A stretch of DNA of 64,000 bases from Candidatus Latescibacterota bacterium (GTDB lineage: Bacteria; Latescibacterota; UBA2968; GCA-2709665), in the NCBI GenBank assembly GCA_965205485.1, contig OZ242180.1, forward strand, positions 4,480,001 through 4,544,000. Direction: 5' to 3'. The translations under genes were made by a program, and so were the position numbers. Below are positions 7,384-17,431 of the stretch, piece by piece (positions within the stretch are counted from its first letter, which is position 1; each line of letters starts with the position of its first letter). The notes below the pieces were generated by a model, which worked only from the letters and a program-made list of their open reading frames with translations, did no database searches and had not been told where the DNA came from.

Positions 7384-8402
7384 GCGTTCTTCCGGTGTCT
7401 GATGCGCGGGTCCAGCCACGCGTACATCACGTCCGCGATGAGATTGATGAGCGCGAACATCAACGCAACCAGCAGCACCCCGCCCTGAACGGCCCTGAAG
7501 TCTCTCGAATAAACCGCCAGCAGCAGCCACCGTCCCACCCCCGGCCACGCGAAGATCGTCTCCGTAATGACGGCGCCGCCGAGCAGGAATCCGAACTGCA
7601 GGCTGATTACGGTCAACACGGGAATGAACGCATTCTTCAGCGCATGCCGGAAGATGACGATCCGTTCCGACAGTCCCTTCGCCCACGCCGTTCGTACGTA
7701 ATCCTCCTTGAGAACATCCAGGAGGCTGGATCGCGTCATACGCGCGATCACCGCCATCGGCACGGTGCCCAGCGTAAGACCGGGCAGCACGAGATGCCAG
7801 ACGGCGTCGCCGAAAGCCCGCCCGTCACGGGCCAGCAGGCTGTCGACCAGATAGAGTCCGGTCACCTTCGGAATGAAAAGATGGGTGCTGAGCCGTCCCG
7901 ATACGGGGAACAACCCCAGAAAGACCGACATCACCAGAATAACCATCAGGCCCAGCCAGAAAATCGGCATCGACAGCCCCGCCAGGGAAACCGTCATACC
8001 GAGGTAATCCATGACGGTTCCCTTTCGGGATGCCGAAACCACGCCCGCAACGATCCCGACCCCGCAGGCCAGCAACATGCTGACCAACGTCAGTTCGAGC
8101 GTGGCGGGAAATCTGGCCAGCAACTCGGAGGAGACTTTCGCATGGGACTTGAAGGAACGCCCCAGGTCGCCCTGAACCAGCCCCCACAGGTACAGACCGA
8201 GCTGAACGTGCAACTCCTGATCCAGTCCCAGTTGCCTGCGCAGCTCCGCCACCTGTTCCGCGCTGGCCCGCTCACCCAGCATCACCTGCGCCGGGTCGCC
8301 CGGAACGAAGTGTACCATCAGGAAAACCAGGACGACGATTCCCAGCAGCATGGGGACAAGGAGAAACAGCCGTTTCAGGATGTAGACGCCCATCACTCGC
8401 AT
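7380..8402 (-). CDS. Dipeptide/oligopeptide ABC permease (DppB-like)
   Basis: PGDPA, ARMTRSS..DYVRTAWAKGL and ETIFAWPGVG. Confidence 0.93.
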   Translation of the reverse strand: MRVMGVYILKRLFLLVPMLLGIVVLVFLMVHFVPGDPAQVMLGERASAEQVAELRRQLGLDQELHVQLGLYLWGLVQGDLGRSFKSHAKVSSELLARFPATLELTLVSMLLACGVGIVAGVVSASRKGTVMDYLGMTVSLAGLSMPIFWLGLMVILVMSVFLGLFPVSGRLSTHLFIPKVTGLYLVDSLLARDGRAFGDAVWHLVLPGLTLGTVPMAVIARMTRSSLLDVLKEDYVRTAWAKGLSERIVIFRHALKNAFIPVLTVISLQFGFLLGGAVITETIFAWPGVGRWLLLAVYSRDFRAVQGGVLLVALMFALINLIADVMYAWLDPRIRHRKNA

Positions 8403-8452
8403 TGCCTCTCAGGTTCCGGATCCGGGGTCGCCATGCGGACGTTCCTGCGCGT

Positions 8453-10015
8453 TCAATCCGTTTCCGCGATCCGCACGTTCTGGAACCACTTGCTGCCGGT
8501 AGGATGAAGCGTGAAGCCGGTTACCGTTTTCTTGAATGCGGCGGTCTGCGCCGCGTGCACCAGGGGCACCCATGGCGCATCCTCGAACACGATTTCCTGC
8601 GCCTTCCGGTAAAGCCCGGTCCTGACGGTGAGGTCAACCTCCCGCTGCGCCTGCACCAGCACCTCGTGCAGTTCGTCGCTGCGGTAGAACGCTATATTGT
8701 TGGCGGGATGTTGTGTCGCACTCTTGTCGAGCAGGACGTACAGGAAATTGTCGGGATCGCCGTTGTCGCCCGTCCAGCCCAGGAGCGCCATATCGTGCTG
8801 CCCTCTGGAAACCTTGTCCAGATAGGTTCCCCATTCGTAGCTCACGATTTCGGCCCGGATACCCACTGCCTGCAGGTCGGCCTGGATGGCCTGGGCGATC
8901 TTTCTCGGCTGCGGCATATACGGGCGCGGCACCGGCATGGCCCATAGCGTGGTCTCGAATCCCTCCGCATAGCCGGCCTCGGACAACAGCTCCCGGGCCC
9001 GTTCCGGATCGTAGCCGTATCCTTCGACCCCTTCATGATAGCTCCACATCGAGGGTGGAATCGGGTTGACCGCCGGCAATGCAAGACCCTGATACAGATT
9101 GTCCACCAGCGCCTGTTTGTTGATGGCGTGGTTCACCGCCCTTCGCACCTTTAGAAGGTGGAACGGCGCCCGGTCCATATTCATGGCCATATACCCGACG
9201 TTCATACCCGGCTGAGTCAGGAGCCGGAGGTGTGGGTGTTCTTCGATATTCGGAATGAAGTCGGGCACCAGATGGTCCATTCCGTCAATCGAACCCTGGA
9301 TGAGCGCGATCAGGCGCACGGAATTCTCCGGAATGCTCCTGAAGATAAGCCTGTCGATCTGAGGCGCATCGCCCCAATAGTCGGGATTTCGCTCCAGCAC
9401 CACGCGGTCGTCCTTGATCCACTGCACAAATCGAAACGGACCCGTGCCCACGGGGTGCCTGGGAAAGTCCGCGCCGTGCTTCCGTACGGCGGAGGGGCTC
9501 ACGATCCCGCAGAAATTCATCGCGAGATTCGACAGAAACGGCGCATTGGGACGCGTCAGCTCTATGGAGACCGTATGATCGTCCACTTTCTTCACGTCGC
9601 TGACGATTTCGCTCATCGACATGCTGTTCCAATACTGAAACGCGCCTTCCACACGATGAAACGGATGGTCGGGCTTGAACTGCCGGGCAAGCGAGAACAC
9701 CACGGCGTCCGCATTGAACGGTGTGCCGTCGTGAAACAAGACGTTTCGCCTGAGCTTGAAGGTCCACGTCTTCAGGTCGTCCGACGCGGTCCAGGACGCC
9801 GCCAGGCCGGGCGCCAATTCGGTGTTTTCCGGCCTGAAGGTGACCAGGTTATCGTAGATATTGTCGCAGACCTTGAATGACTCACCGTCGGTCTCCAGTG
9901 CGGGATCCAGCCCCACGGTATCGCCGCCCCTGCCAAACACCAGTGTCCTGGGGCGATCGGCCTCGCAGGCAACGACGGCAGAAAACAGGAACAGAATCAG
10001 AAAGCGCATCCACAC
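8453..10015 (-). CDS. ABC substrate-binding lipoprotein, family 5 (DppA-like)
   Basis: Lipobox VVAC, LRRNVLFHDGTPFNADAV, PVGTGPF and GWTGDNGDPDNF. Confidence 0.93.
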   Translation of the reverse strand: MWMRFLILFLFSAVVACEADRPRTLVFGRGGDTVGLDPALETDGESFKVCDNIYDNLVTFRPENTELAPGLAASWTASDDLKTWTFKLRRNVLFHDGTPFNADAVVFSLARQFKPDHPFHRVEGAFQYWNSMSMSEIVSDVKKVDDHTVSIELTRPNAPFLSNLAMNFCGIVSPSAVRKHGADFPRHPVGTGPFRFVQWIKDDRVVLERNPDYWGDAPQIDRLIFRSIPENSVRLIALIQGSIDGMDHLVPDFIPNIEEHPHLRLLTQPGMNVGYMAMNMDRAPFHLLKVRRAVNHAINKQALVDNLYQGLALPAVNPIPPSMWSYHEGVEGYGYDPERARELLSEAGYAEGFETTLWAMPVPRPYMPQPRKIAQAIQADLQAVGIRAEIVSYEWGTYLDKVSRGQHDMALLGWTGDNGDPDNFLYVLLDKSATQHPANNIAFYRSDELHEVLVQAQREVDLTVRTGLYRKAQEIVFEDAPWVPLVHAAQTAAFKKTVTGFTLHPTGSKWFQNVRIAETD

Positions 10016-10031
10016 GACGATCTCTCCTTCC

Positions 10032-10086
10032 GAAGTTGTATTAAAGTCCCCTGCGGTTTTCGCACCGGGAATGCCAACACAGCTTC
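10032..10086. mobile_element. Family A mini-copy (55 bp, internally deleted)
   Basis: GAAGTTGTATTAAAGTCCCCTGCGGTTTTCGCAC matches the family A left end; ends in ACAGCTTC. Confidence 0.6.
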
Positions 10087-10210
10087 TAAGAAAAAGCGGC
10101 CGGCAGGCCTGATGACACGCCCTGCTGACCGCGGGTTCCGCGTCCCTATTGCAAGTTGCGATTCAGCAATCGGCTACCTGGACGGAACGCGTGAATCCAA
10201 CATTCGTCGA

Positions 10211-11209
10211 CTACTCCGCGAACGCCGCGTCGAAGGCCACGGCCGACGGTTCGAAGTCCACGCTGTTCACAAAGGCGCATGCTTCCGCCGCTCCATGTTC
10301 CCGGTCCATCCCCGAGTCTTCCCACTCCACGGACAGGGGCCCGCCATAGCCGATGTCATTCAGGGCGCGCACGATCTCTTCGAAGTCCACGCTGCCGCGA
10401 CCCAGGGACCGGAAATCCCAGGAACGATCGGGGTCGCCAAACTCGGTGTGGCCGCCGAAAATCCCCGCTCGCGTGGGCATCGGCGACAGGTACGCGTCTT
10501 TCATATGCACGTGATAGATGCGGTCCCTGAACTCCCGGATAAACGCCACGTAGTCCACATTCTGATAGACGAGGTGGCTCGGATCGTAATTGAAGCCGAA
10601 CTCGCTCCGGCCACCCACCGCCGCGACCGCCCGTGCGGCAGAGGCGATATCGAACGCGATTTCCGTTGGATGCACCTCGAGAGCAAACCGGACGCCGTGC
10701 TTCGCAAACGCATCGAGAATGGGATTCCATCGATCCGCGAAATCCCGGAAACCGGCGTCGATCGCATCCGGGGACACCGGCGGAAACGAATACAGCAGGT
10801 GCCAGACGGACGATCCCGTAAAACCGTTCACCACGCTGACGCCCAGCGCCTTTGCCGCTTCCGCCGACGTCACCATGTCCTCGGCCGCCCGTCGTTTCAC
10901 GCCTTCCGGTTCGCCGTCGCCCCACACGTGCGGGGGCAGTATCGACTGGTGGCGTTCGTCGATGTTGTCGCAGACCGCCTGCCCCGCGAGATGATTGCTG
11001 ATCGCCCAGAACTTCAGCCCGTGCTTTTCCAGGATTTCGTGCCGGCTCCGGCAATAGCCGTCGCTGGAGGCCGCTTCACGGACGTCCAGATGGTCTCCCC
11101 AGCAGGCCAATTCCAGGCCGTCGTATCCGAACGAGGCCGCTTTCTCCGCCATGACCTCGAGGGGGAGGTCGGCCCACTGACCCGTAAACAAAGTACATGG
11201 TCTCGCCAT
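10211..11209 (-). CDS. Sugar phosphate isomerase/epimerase (xylose isomerase-like TIM barrel)
   Basis: FALEVHP, FNYDPSH, HVHMKD and SVEWED. Confidence 0.9.
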   Translation of the reverse strand: MARPCTLFTGQWADLPLEVMAEKAASFGYDGLELACWGDHLDVREAASSDGYCRSRHEILEKHGLKFWAISNHLAGQAVCDNIDERHQSILPPHVWGDGEPEGVKRRAAEDMVTSAEAAKALGVSVVNGFTGSSVWHLLYSFPPVSPDAIDAGFRDFADRWNPILDAFAKHGVRFALEVHPTEIAFDIASAARAVAAVGGRSEFGFNYDPSHLVYQNVDYVAFIREFRDRIYHVHMKDAYLSPMPTRAGIFGGHTEFGDPDRSWDFRSLGRGSVDFEEIVRALNDIGYGGPLSVEWEDSGMDREHGAAEACAFVNSVDFEPSAVAFDAAFAE

Positions 11210-11278
11210 ATCCATCGCTCCTTCCAGCTGCTCCCGGCGCCGCCTGTACCGCAAAGCACACAGGCGAATGCAGGGCTG

Positions 11279-12448
11279 TTATACGTCCGGGACCTCCCGC
11301 CACCGGTCCGATTTCGCCGAATCGCCGGCCGCCTCGAGTACGGCCTGGACCCGCGCGCCTTCCCTGAAATTCGGTGACGCCTCCCGGTCATTGAAGATCG
11401 CTTCGAAAAAGTCCTTGACCTCGTGCACGAACGTATGCTCCCACCCTACGATATGCCCCGGCGGCCACCAGGCCGACATGTAAGGATGTACGCCTTCGTT
11501 CACGATGATCTCGCGGAATCCCTGAATATGCCCTTCGTCCTCGCGGGAATAATACTGCAGTTCGTTCATCTTTTCCAGATTGAACGCGAGACTGCCCTTG
11601 CTTCCGTTGATCTCGAACCGGTTGTGGTTGCGCCTGCCGGCCGCGAAGCGGGTGGCCTCGAACGATCCCAGCGCGCCGTTCGCGAAACGCGCCAGGAACA
11701 GCGTTGCGTCGTCCACCGTCACCGTCCCCATCCGATCGGAATGACCGCCGGTGGCGCCCAGAGACGCGTCGACCGATTCCGCCAGCGGTCGTTCCCTGAT
11801 AAACGTCGTATCGGCGGCAACAACCGATTGTATGTCGCCCACGAGATGCAGCGCGAGGTCGATAATGTGCGCGTTCAGGTCCCCGTGCGGCCCGGAGCCG
11901 GCCTTGTCCTTTTCGAAACGCCAGACCATCGGAAAATCCGGGTCGATGATCCAGTCCTGAAGATAAACAGCCCGCCAGTGATAGATCTGCCCGATCCGGC
12001 CCTCCTCGATCAGCTGCCTGGCCAGTGCGACAGCAGGAACGCGCCGGTAGTTGTAAGCGACCATGGTTTTCGCCTCGCTGCTCTCCGCGGCCCGCAGCAT
12101 GGCCCTGGCTTCGTCCAGGTTGTTTGCAAGCGGCTTCTCGCAGATGACATGCTTGCCGGCCTCGAGGGCGGCGATCGCCATCGGCATATGCAGATTCCCG
12201 GGCGTGCAGATATCGATGACGTCGATATCGTCACGGGCGACCACGTTCTCCCAGTTGGTATCGTACTCCTCCCATCCGAACGTCCGCGCGGCCTCCGACA
12301 CGTTCTCCCGGTTTGAACCGCAGATCACCTTCATGACCGGTTCGACGCCCGTATCGGGAAAGAACATCGACACCTTGCGGAACGCGTTGCTGTGCGCCTT
12401 GCCCATGAACGAATAACCCAGAAGGCCGATGTTCAGTTGCCTGGCCAT
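11279..12448 (-). CDS. Gfo/Idh/MocA oxidoreductase
   Basis: GYSFMGKAH, CEKPLA and DLNAH. Confidence 0.92.
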   Translation of the reverse strand: MARQLNIGLLGYSFMGKAHSNAFRKVSMFFPDTGVEPVMKVICGSNRENVSEAARTFGWEEYDTNWENVVARDDIDVIDICTPGNLHMPMAIAALEAGKHVICEKPLANNLDEARAMLRAAESSEAKTMVAYNYRRVPAVALARQLIEEGRIGQIYHWRAVYLQDWIIDPDFPMVWRFEKDKAGSGPHGDLNAHIIDLALHLVGDIQSVVAADTTFIRERPLAESVDASLGATGGHSDRMGTVTVDDATLFLARFANGALGSFEATRFAAGRRNHNRFEINGSKGSLAFNLEKMNELQYYSREDEGHIQGFREIIVNEGVHPYMSAWWPPGHIVGWEHTFVHEVKDFFEAIFNDREASPNFREGARVQAVLEAAGDSAKSDRWREVPDV

Positions 12449-12657
12449 AAGTTCCCCCTTCTCCGATTCCGGATCCGTAACAGTCCGTTGATAAAGTCGC
12501 TCTGCAGGCGAGGCCGAGCCATTGTGGCCGAAGACAAGGCGCGCGACCGAGTCCCATCCCTTGATTCGGCGAGGGAGCGCAACGCAGTATTTCGACCGCA
12601 ATGGCCGGCCGTAGCCCGGATGGGCTTTTTCAACGGGCTGGTAACAGAAACGGCCCC

Positions 12658-12685
12658 AATATATAATTCTGCATTTGCATGTCAA
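12658..12685 (-). promoter_or_regulatory. Possible sigma70 promoter for the Gfo/isomerase pair
   Basis: TTGACA-N16-TATATT. Confidence 0.5.
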
Positions 12686-12717
12686 CGCCTAACCGGATTC
12701 GCACTGATCGCCAATTC

Positions 12718-13059
12718 TTAACCCTGATTCGTAATTCTTCGTGAACGTAAATTCGAATACGTACTGGTTAATAAAGGCGATTAGACGGCGGATTACCAGG
12801 ATACACCGGGTCACTGGACAAGTTCGGAACCTCTCCTCCCGGCCCCTCAGATGCGGGTAGACGGGAGACGTAAGACGGGAGAAGATATCCTTGCCCGTTA
12901 ATTTATCCCTCCTTGCCTCCGGCACGAAAAGAAGCCTCACAAGGCAGGTAATCTCTACCCTCTACCGGCTCCCGTCTCACCGCTTTTTGGCTAACCTCTA
13001 CCCGCATTCATGCCTTTTGTGGTAAATTTGACTGTAGTTTTTTTTCGAATTGAGGTTAA
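12718..13059. mobile_element. MITE-like repeat family B, copy 2 (342 bp, both ends present)
   Basis: TIRs TTAACCCTGATTCG / CGAATTGAGGTTAA; first ~100 bp shared with 51090-51190, remainder shared with 226-545; terminal TTAA overlaps the TAA stop of the PQQ-propeller gene. Confidence 0.85.
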
Positions 13060-14357
13060 TCACTTTTGTGCCCGATGCAGTACAGGTGCGTTGCCGTCCG
13101 CAAAAAAAGCTGCGATCCGGAGGACACCGGAGACGAGAGTGTGTACGTATCGTCCAGTTCATTGGTCGCGAGGACTTCGAACTTCGGGCCGGCAGCCAGT
13201 ACGGTCGTTACGGCATATTCATTCAGGAGGAACAGCTTGCCGTCAGCGAGATGCGGCGAAGCGCTCACTGTGCCCTGCGCCGTTCTCTCGGGACCCCAGA
13301 CGACGGCGCCGGTCTTCGCGTCCAGACACGTCGCCAGGCCGCGATCGTCAACCATGTAGAAGTACCTCCCGTCACAGACCGGTGTGGGCACATCCGGAGC
13401 GGCGGCGCCCTCCCACTTCCATTTCACGTTTCCAGAGACGTCGCCGGTCCCTCCGGCAGCCAGGGCCAGCAGCGGACGCCGCCGGGTCGGCGCATAGATC
13501 ATGCCGTCGACCACCACGGGAGAGCCCACAATTCGATAGTTCCCCCGCTGTTCCGGGTTCAATCCGTTCGCCCGCCATATTTCGTGTCCCGTTGCGGGAT
13601 CGTGCCCCGTCACGCAATCCCCGCCCGTTATGACAATCTGAGTCTTTCCTCCCTGCTTCAACAGCGCGGGGGTCGTGTACGAATCGGGTGATTCCCTTAT
13701 GGCATCGGTCGCACGCGTTTCGCGCCACACCTCTTTACCGCTCCCCGCGTCCAGCGCGACGATGTACGACGCTTCGTCCGTATACGATCCGTGAAGCACC
13801 TGCAGGATAAGCTTGCCGTCGTACAGGATCGGAGAAGACGCGTACCCGAAATTCAGGCCGAATTCGCCGTAGTCACGTTGCATATCGCGCGACCACATGA
13901 CCTTGCCATCCATATTCAGACACGCCACAACGCCGTTTCCCGTAACGGCCCACACGTGCGCGCCGTCCGTAACCGGCGAAGGCGACGTATTGTTGTGCTT
14001 GCGCCACAGATCGTTGCCTTCGTCCAACTTGCGCCGCCAGCGTTCACTGCCGTCCTTTCTGGATAGGCATACAATGAATATCTCCGGTCCGCCAGGCTCC
14101 CGTTCCTCCGGCTTTTGCGCGGGTGACGGAGACATCAGAAAAATGCGGTCGTTCCAGACGATCGGCGTGCTGCCGCTCCAAGAGGGTAATTCAGCCTTCC
14201 AGACGACGTTCTTTTCAAGACTCCAGGACGCGGGTAGATTCGTGGCCGAACTCACCCCGTTCTGCTGCGGGCCGCGCCATTGCGGCCAGTTGTCGGCGTG
14301 AACGCCGGGCGGGAAGAGAAACAACATGCAAAGCCCGCATGCAAGTCGCCCCACCAT
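13056..14357 (-). CDS. PQQ-binding-like beta-propeller repeat protein (secreted)
   Basis: Signal peptide, NWPQWRGP, repeated SP/TP..DG and LD..TG...W motifs. Confidence 0.9.
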   Translation of the reverse strand: MVGRLACGLCMLFLFPPGVHADNWPQWRGPQQNGVSSATNLPASWSLEKNVVWKAELPSWSGSTPIVWNDRIFLMSPSPAQKPEEREPGGPEIFIVCLSRKDGSERWRRKLDEGNDLWRKHNNTSPSPVTDGAHVWAVTGNGVVACLNMDGKVMWSRDMQRDYGEFGLNFGYASSPILYDGKLILQVLHGSYTDEASYIVALDAGSGKEVWRETRATDAIRESPDSYTTPALLKQGGKTQIVITGGDCVTGHDPATGHEIWRANGLNPEQRGNYRIVGSPVVVDGMIYAPTRRRPLLALAAGGTGDVSGNVKWKWEGAAAPDVPTPVCDGRYFYMVDDRGLATCLDAKTGAVVWGPERTAQGTVSASPHLADGKLFLLNEYAVTTVLAAGPKFEVLATNELDDTYTLSSPVSSGSQLFLRTATHLYCIGHKSD

Positions 14358-14516
14358 GGCAATTCCTCCTTAAGAGTGTGACTTTCGCTTTGATTTTCAT
14401 CCGGTTTGACGGATATTGCCCGGCGACGGTTCCCGCGCTCCGGCAGTTGACCCCGGCAGACGGGATTGACCCCGTGGCTGCCGGTTTCCACAACACAATC
14501 ATTGAAGGGACGAAAC

Positions 14517-15095
14517 ATGCAACTCTTCGACGGCGAATCTCTTGACGGATGGGCAGCCACCGGCAATCCGGACGGCTGGACGGTGGATCGAGGTTGTATC
14601 TACTGCACCGGGGAAAAAGGGGGATACCTGTATTATGTGAACGACCTGTTCAGGAATTTCAAACTGTCGCTCGAGTTCAAACACCCGCCCGGCGCCAACA
14701 GCGGCGTCTTCTTCCGATGGACCGACCTGGACGACCCCGTGCAGACCGGCATCGAAATCCAGATCCTGGACACGCACGGCCGCAGCCCCGCAACCGCCAA
14801 ATGCTGCGGCGCCGTCTATGATGTCCAGGCCCCCACGCGCAATACCTGCAAACCTGCGGGCGAATGGAATGGGATGGTCGTCAGCGCAGTGGAGAACGAC
14901 ATCCAGGTTGATTTGAACGGCGAGCGAGTCACCGAAATGGATTTGAGCCGCTGGACCACCCCGGGACGGAACCCCGACGGCACCCCCAACAAATTCAACC
15001 GGGCATACTGCGAAATGACCGAAACCGGGTACATCGGCCTGCAGGATCACGACAGCCGGATCTGGTTCCGCAACCTGGAAATCGAAAAACGCTGA
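14517..15095 (+). CDS. DUF1080 (3-keto-disaccharide hydrolase-like) protein
   Basis: LFDGESLDGW, NSGVFF, EIQILD, GEWN and GYIGLQDH..IWFRNL. Confidence 0.9.
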   Translation: MQLFDGESLDGWAATGNPDGWTVDRGCIYCTGEKGGYLYYVNDLFRNFKLSLEFKHPPGANSGVFFRWTDLDDPVQTGIEIQILDTHGRSPATAKCCGAVYDVQAPTRNTCKPAGEWNGMVVSAVENDIQVDLNGERVTEMDLSRWTTPGRNPDGTPNKFNRAYCEMTETGYIGLQDHDSRIWFRNLEIEKR

Positions 15096-15174
15096 TATTC
15101 CCGAACAGAAAACCCACCCGCCCCAGTGCCGGTGGGCCGTCGCAAGGGTCGCATTCCACGCCCGGGCCGAAGCC

Positions 15175-16437
15175 CTACAACCCGTAGTGCGCGTTGATCG
15201 GCCCCTGGTATCTGTCCGCGTCACCGCGAAGCATCTCGTCGAGGGTGATCTCCCTACCGAGCAGTCCCGACTCCAGGATCGCGTAGCTCAGCGCCAGATC
15301 GATCGTCCCCTCCACGCCCGACATCCGCACCGGCGAACCGTCACGGATCGCGCGCAGCCAGTCCAGGTTCTCCAGCGCGAATGAATCGGTGATTCCGCCG
15401 GGCATCGCTGCAGCCCGGTCCCATTCCGCGGCCTCATGTTGAAACCGCTTCAGGACGTCTTCCCCGGTCCCGTCCCCGGCGAAGACCTTCCCGTCTGACA
15501 ACGCGCCCGTGCTGCCGAAAACATTCGTGCCTCCCGGAACCCCGATCTGCGTTCCCCTTGCGCTGCGGGCTACCGCGATGTGACCGATCGCTCCGTTCGC
15601 GAGCCTGAAATTGGAGAAGAATACGTCGTCGACCTGGTTTCGGACCTCGTCCGCGACATCGCTGTCGTCGTCAGACATCAACACCCGGACCGGCTCCAGA
15701 ATCCGCCACAGGGCCTGCACCGAATGCACCGGTCCGCAGATCGTCCGAACGCCGTTGAACAGGTGCACCCCCAGATCGATCGACACCCCGCCCCCGGCGC
15801 CCAGCTTCGACTGCCGCCACGGCGTGCGTGCGGCCACCAGATCAGGACGGTGAGACCGGAACCCGATCGCCCCGCGGTAGACCATCTGCACGTCGCCGAT
15901 CAGTCCCTCCCTGACGGCCCACCGGCTCGCACGCACCGCGGGCGTAAAATTCACGTTTTCCGCGACGCTCAACACCGTGTTCGTCTCGGAAGCTACTTCA
16001 CACATCCGCTGTGCGGCCCTTACCGAGATTGCCATCGGCTTCTCGACAATGGCGTGCATGCCGGCCCTCATAGCGTCTATGGCTATCGCGTGGTGCGTAT
16101 CGTGCCCCGTCAGGATGCACACCGCGTCGACCGGCCCGCGTTCCAGCATCTCGCGGTAGTCCGTGTAAACCGCGGTTTCCCGACCGGGATGCAGATCGCT
16201 GATGTACGCGTGCGGGGCATTCAGAGGGTCACCCGGGGCCTCCACCGGCGCGGGTCTGGGTCCGGGTCCTTCGCCCCTCGTTCGAAACCGGATGGCGTCC
16301 TCACGTCTCCTCGCGCAAAGCGCCGTAATCCGGAAGCAATCCCCGAACCCGTTTTCCTGCAGCGTTCGGAACCCGCGCAGGTGTGCGTTCAGGATCCTCC
16401 CGCAACCAATCACGCCGATACGAACCGCGGAAGACAT
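15175..16437 (-). CDS. Gfo/Idh/MocA oxidoreductase
   Basis: GVIGCGRI, VEKPMA and DLGVH. Confidence 0.88.
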   Translation of the reverse strand: MSSAVRIGVIGCGRILNAHLRGFRTLQENGFGDCFRITALCARRREDAIRFRTRGEGPGPRPAPVEAPGDPLNAPHAYISDLHPGRETAVYTDYREMLERGPVDAVCILTGHDTHHAIAIDAMRAGMHAIVEKPMAISVRAAQRMCEVASETNTVLSVAENVNFTPAVRASRWAVREGLIGDVQMVYRGAIGFRSHRPDLVAARTPWRQSKLGAGGGVSIDLGVHLFNGVRTICGPVHSVQALWRILEPVRVLMSDDDSDVADEVRNQVDDVFFSNFRLANGAIGHIAVARSARGTQIGVPGGTNVFGSTGALSDGKVFAGDGTGEDVLKRFQHEAAEWDRAAAMPGGITDSFALENLDWLRAIRDGSPVRMSGVEGTIDLALSYAILESGLLGREITLDEMLRGDADRYQGPINAHYGL

Positions 16438-16450
16438 AAGCCACCTCTTG

Positions 16451-17431
16451 CTAAATCCAACCCGGCGTACCGATGGTATCCGCGATCGGGATCGCCCGTT
16501 CGAGCTCCGCATCGGTCAGCCGAGGCATTTCCACGGTACCGGCGTTCTCATCCACCTGCCGGCGGTTCCTGGCGCCGGCGATCACGCACGACACGCCCGG
16601 GTGATCCAGCACGAAACGCAGTGCCGCCTGCGCCATGGTTCGTGTGCGGTTCCGCAGGAAAAGCAACTGCGGCAGGCGCTTCAGGCCATCGACCGTCTCG
16701 GGTTTGTTGAATCGTTCGAATCGCACGTCGTTTTCCGGGATCGTCCGTGCTTCAGCGCCGAAATACGTGCCCGTCAGTTGCCCTTTTGCAAGGGGCACGC
16801 GAATCAACGTGCCGATGTTCTCGGCCTTCGCCCAGTACAAGAACCCTTTCGCCGATCGCTCCAGCAGATTGTAGCCCACCTGCAACATATGTACAGATCC
16901 GAACGTACGGAGCTTCTCCACCGCTTGCCGGTCATTCGTCGAGATGCCGTACCACCGCACCTTTCCGGCCCGCCTGAGTTCTTCAAGCGCGTCCATGACC
17001 GCCGGCATCGCCCACTCGAAAGGAACGGCGTGCAACTGATAGACGTCGACGTGGCCCATCGCCAGACGCTTCAGGCTGAGCTCACACGCCTCTGTGATGC
17101 GACGCCGTACCGTGGACAAATCCCGTGATTCAGGATCGATGCCCGCGTTCGGCTGCACCTTCGTGGCCACGATCCATTTGTCTCTCCGTCCGCGCAGCGC
17201 CTTGCCCGTGAGTACCTCGCTGTGCCCGTCGCCGTAACCTTCGGCGGTATCGATCAGATTGATGCCCAATTCCTCGCAGCGATGGATCAGCGCAATCGAC
17301 TCGGAATCCCCGGTTCCGGTCCATCCGAACTGCGTACCGTCGGCCTGCCGCCGCATCCCCGATATAGGAAACGCGCCGAGACCGATTTCCGAAACCTGCA
17401 GCCCGGTCTGTCCCAGTATACGGTATCTCAT
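16451..17431 (-). CDS. Aldo/keto reductase
   Basis: IDTAEGYGDGHSE, ATKV, DVYQLH and YNLLER. Confidence 0.92.
   Translation of the reverse strand: MRYRILGQTGLQVSEIGLGAFPISGMRRQADGTQFGWTGTGDSESIALIHRCEELGINLIDTAEGYGDGHSEVLTGKALRGRRDKWIVATKVQPNAGIDPESRDLSTVRRRITEACELSLKRLAMGHVDVYQLHAVPFEWAMPAVMDALEELRRAGKVRWYGISTNDRQAVEKLRTFGSVHMLQVGYNLLERSAKGFLYWAKAENIGTLIRVPLAKGQLTGTYFGAEARTIPENDVRFERFNKPETVDGLKRLPQLLFLRNRTRTMAQAALRFVLDHPGVSCVIAGARNRRQVDENAGTVEMPRLTDAELERAIPIADTIGTPGWI

Noticed and set aside
12689..12940. Similar small ORFs at 12689-12940, 51103-51288 and 226-408
   Set aside because: They lie within family B repeats, lack an SD and have no transposase motifs
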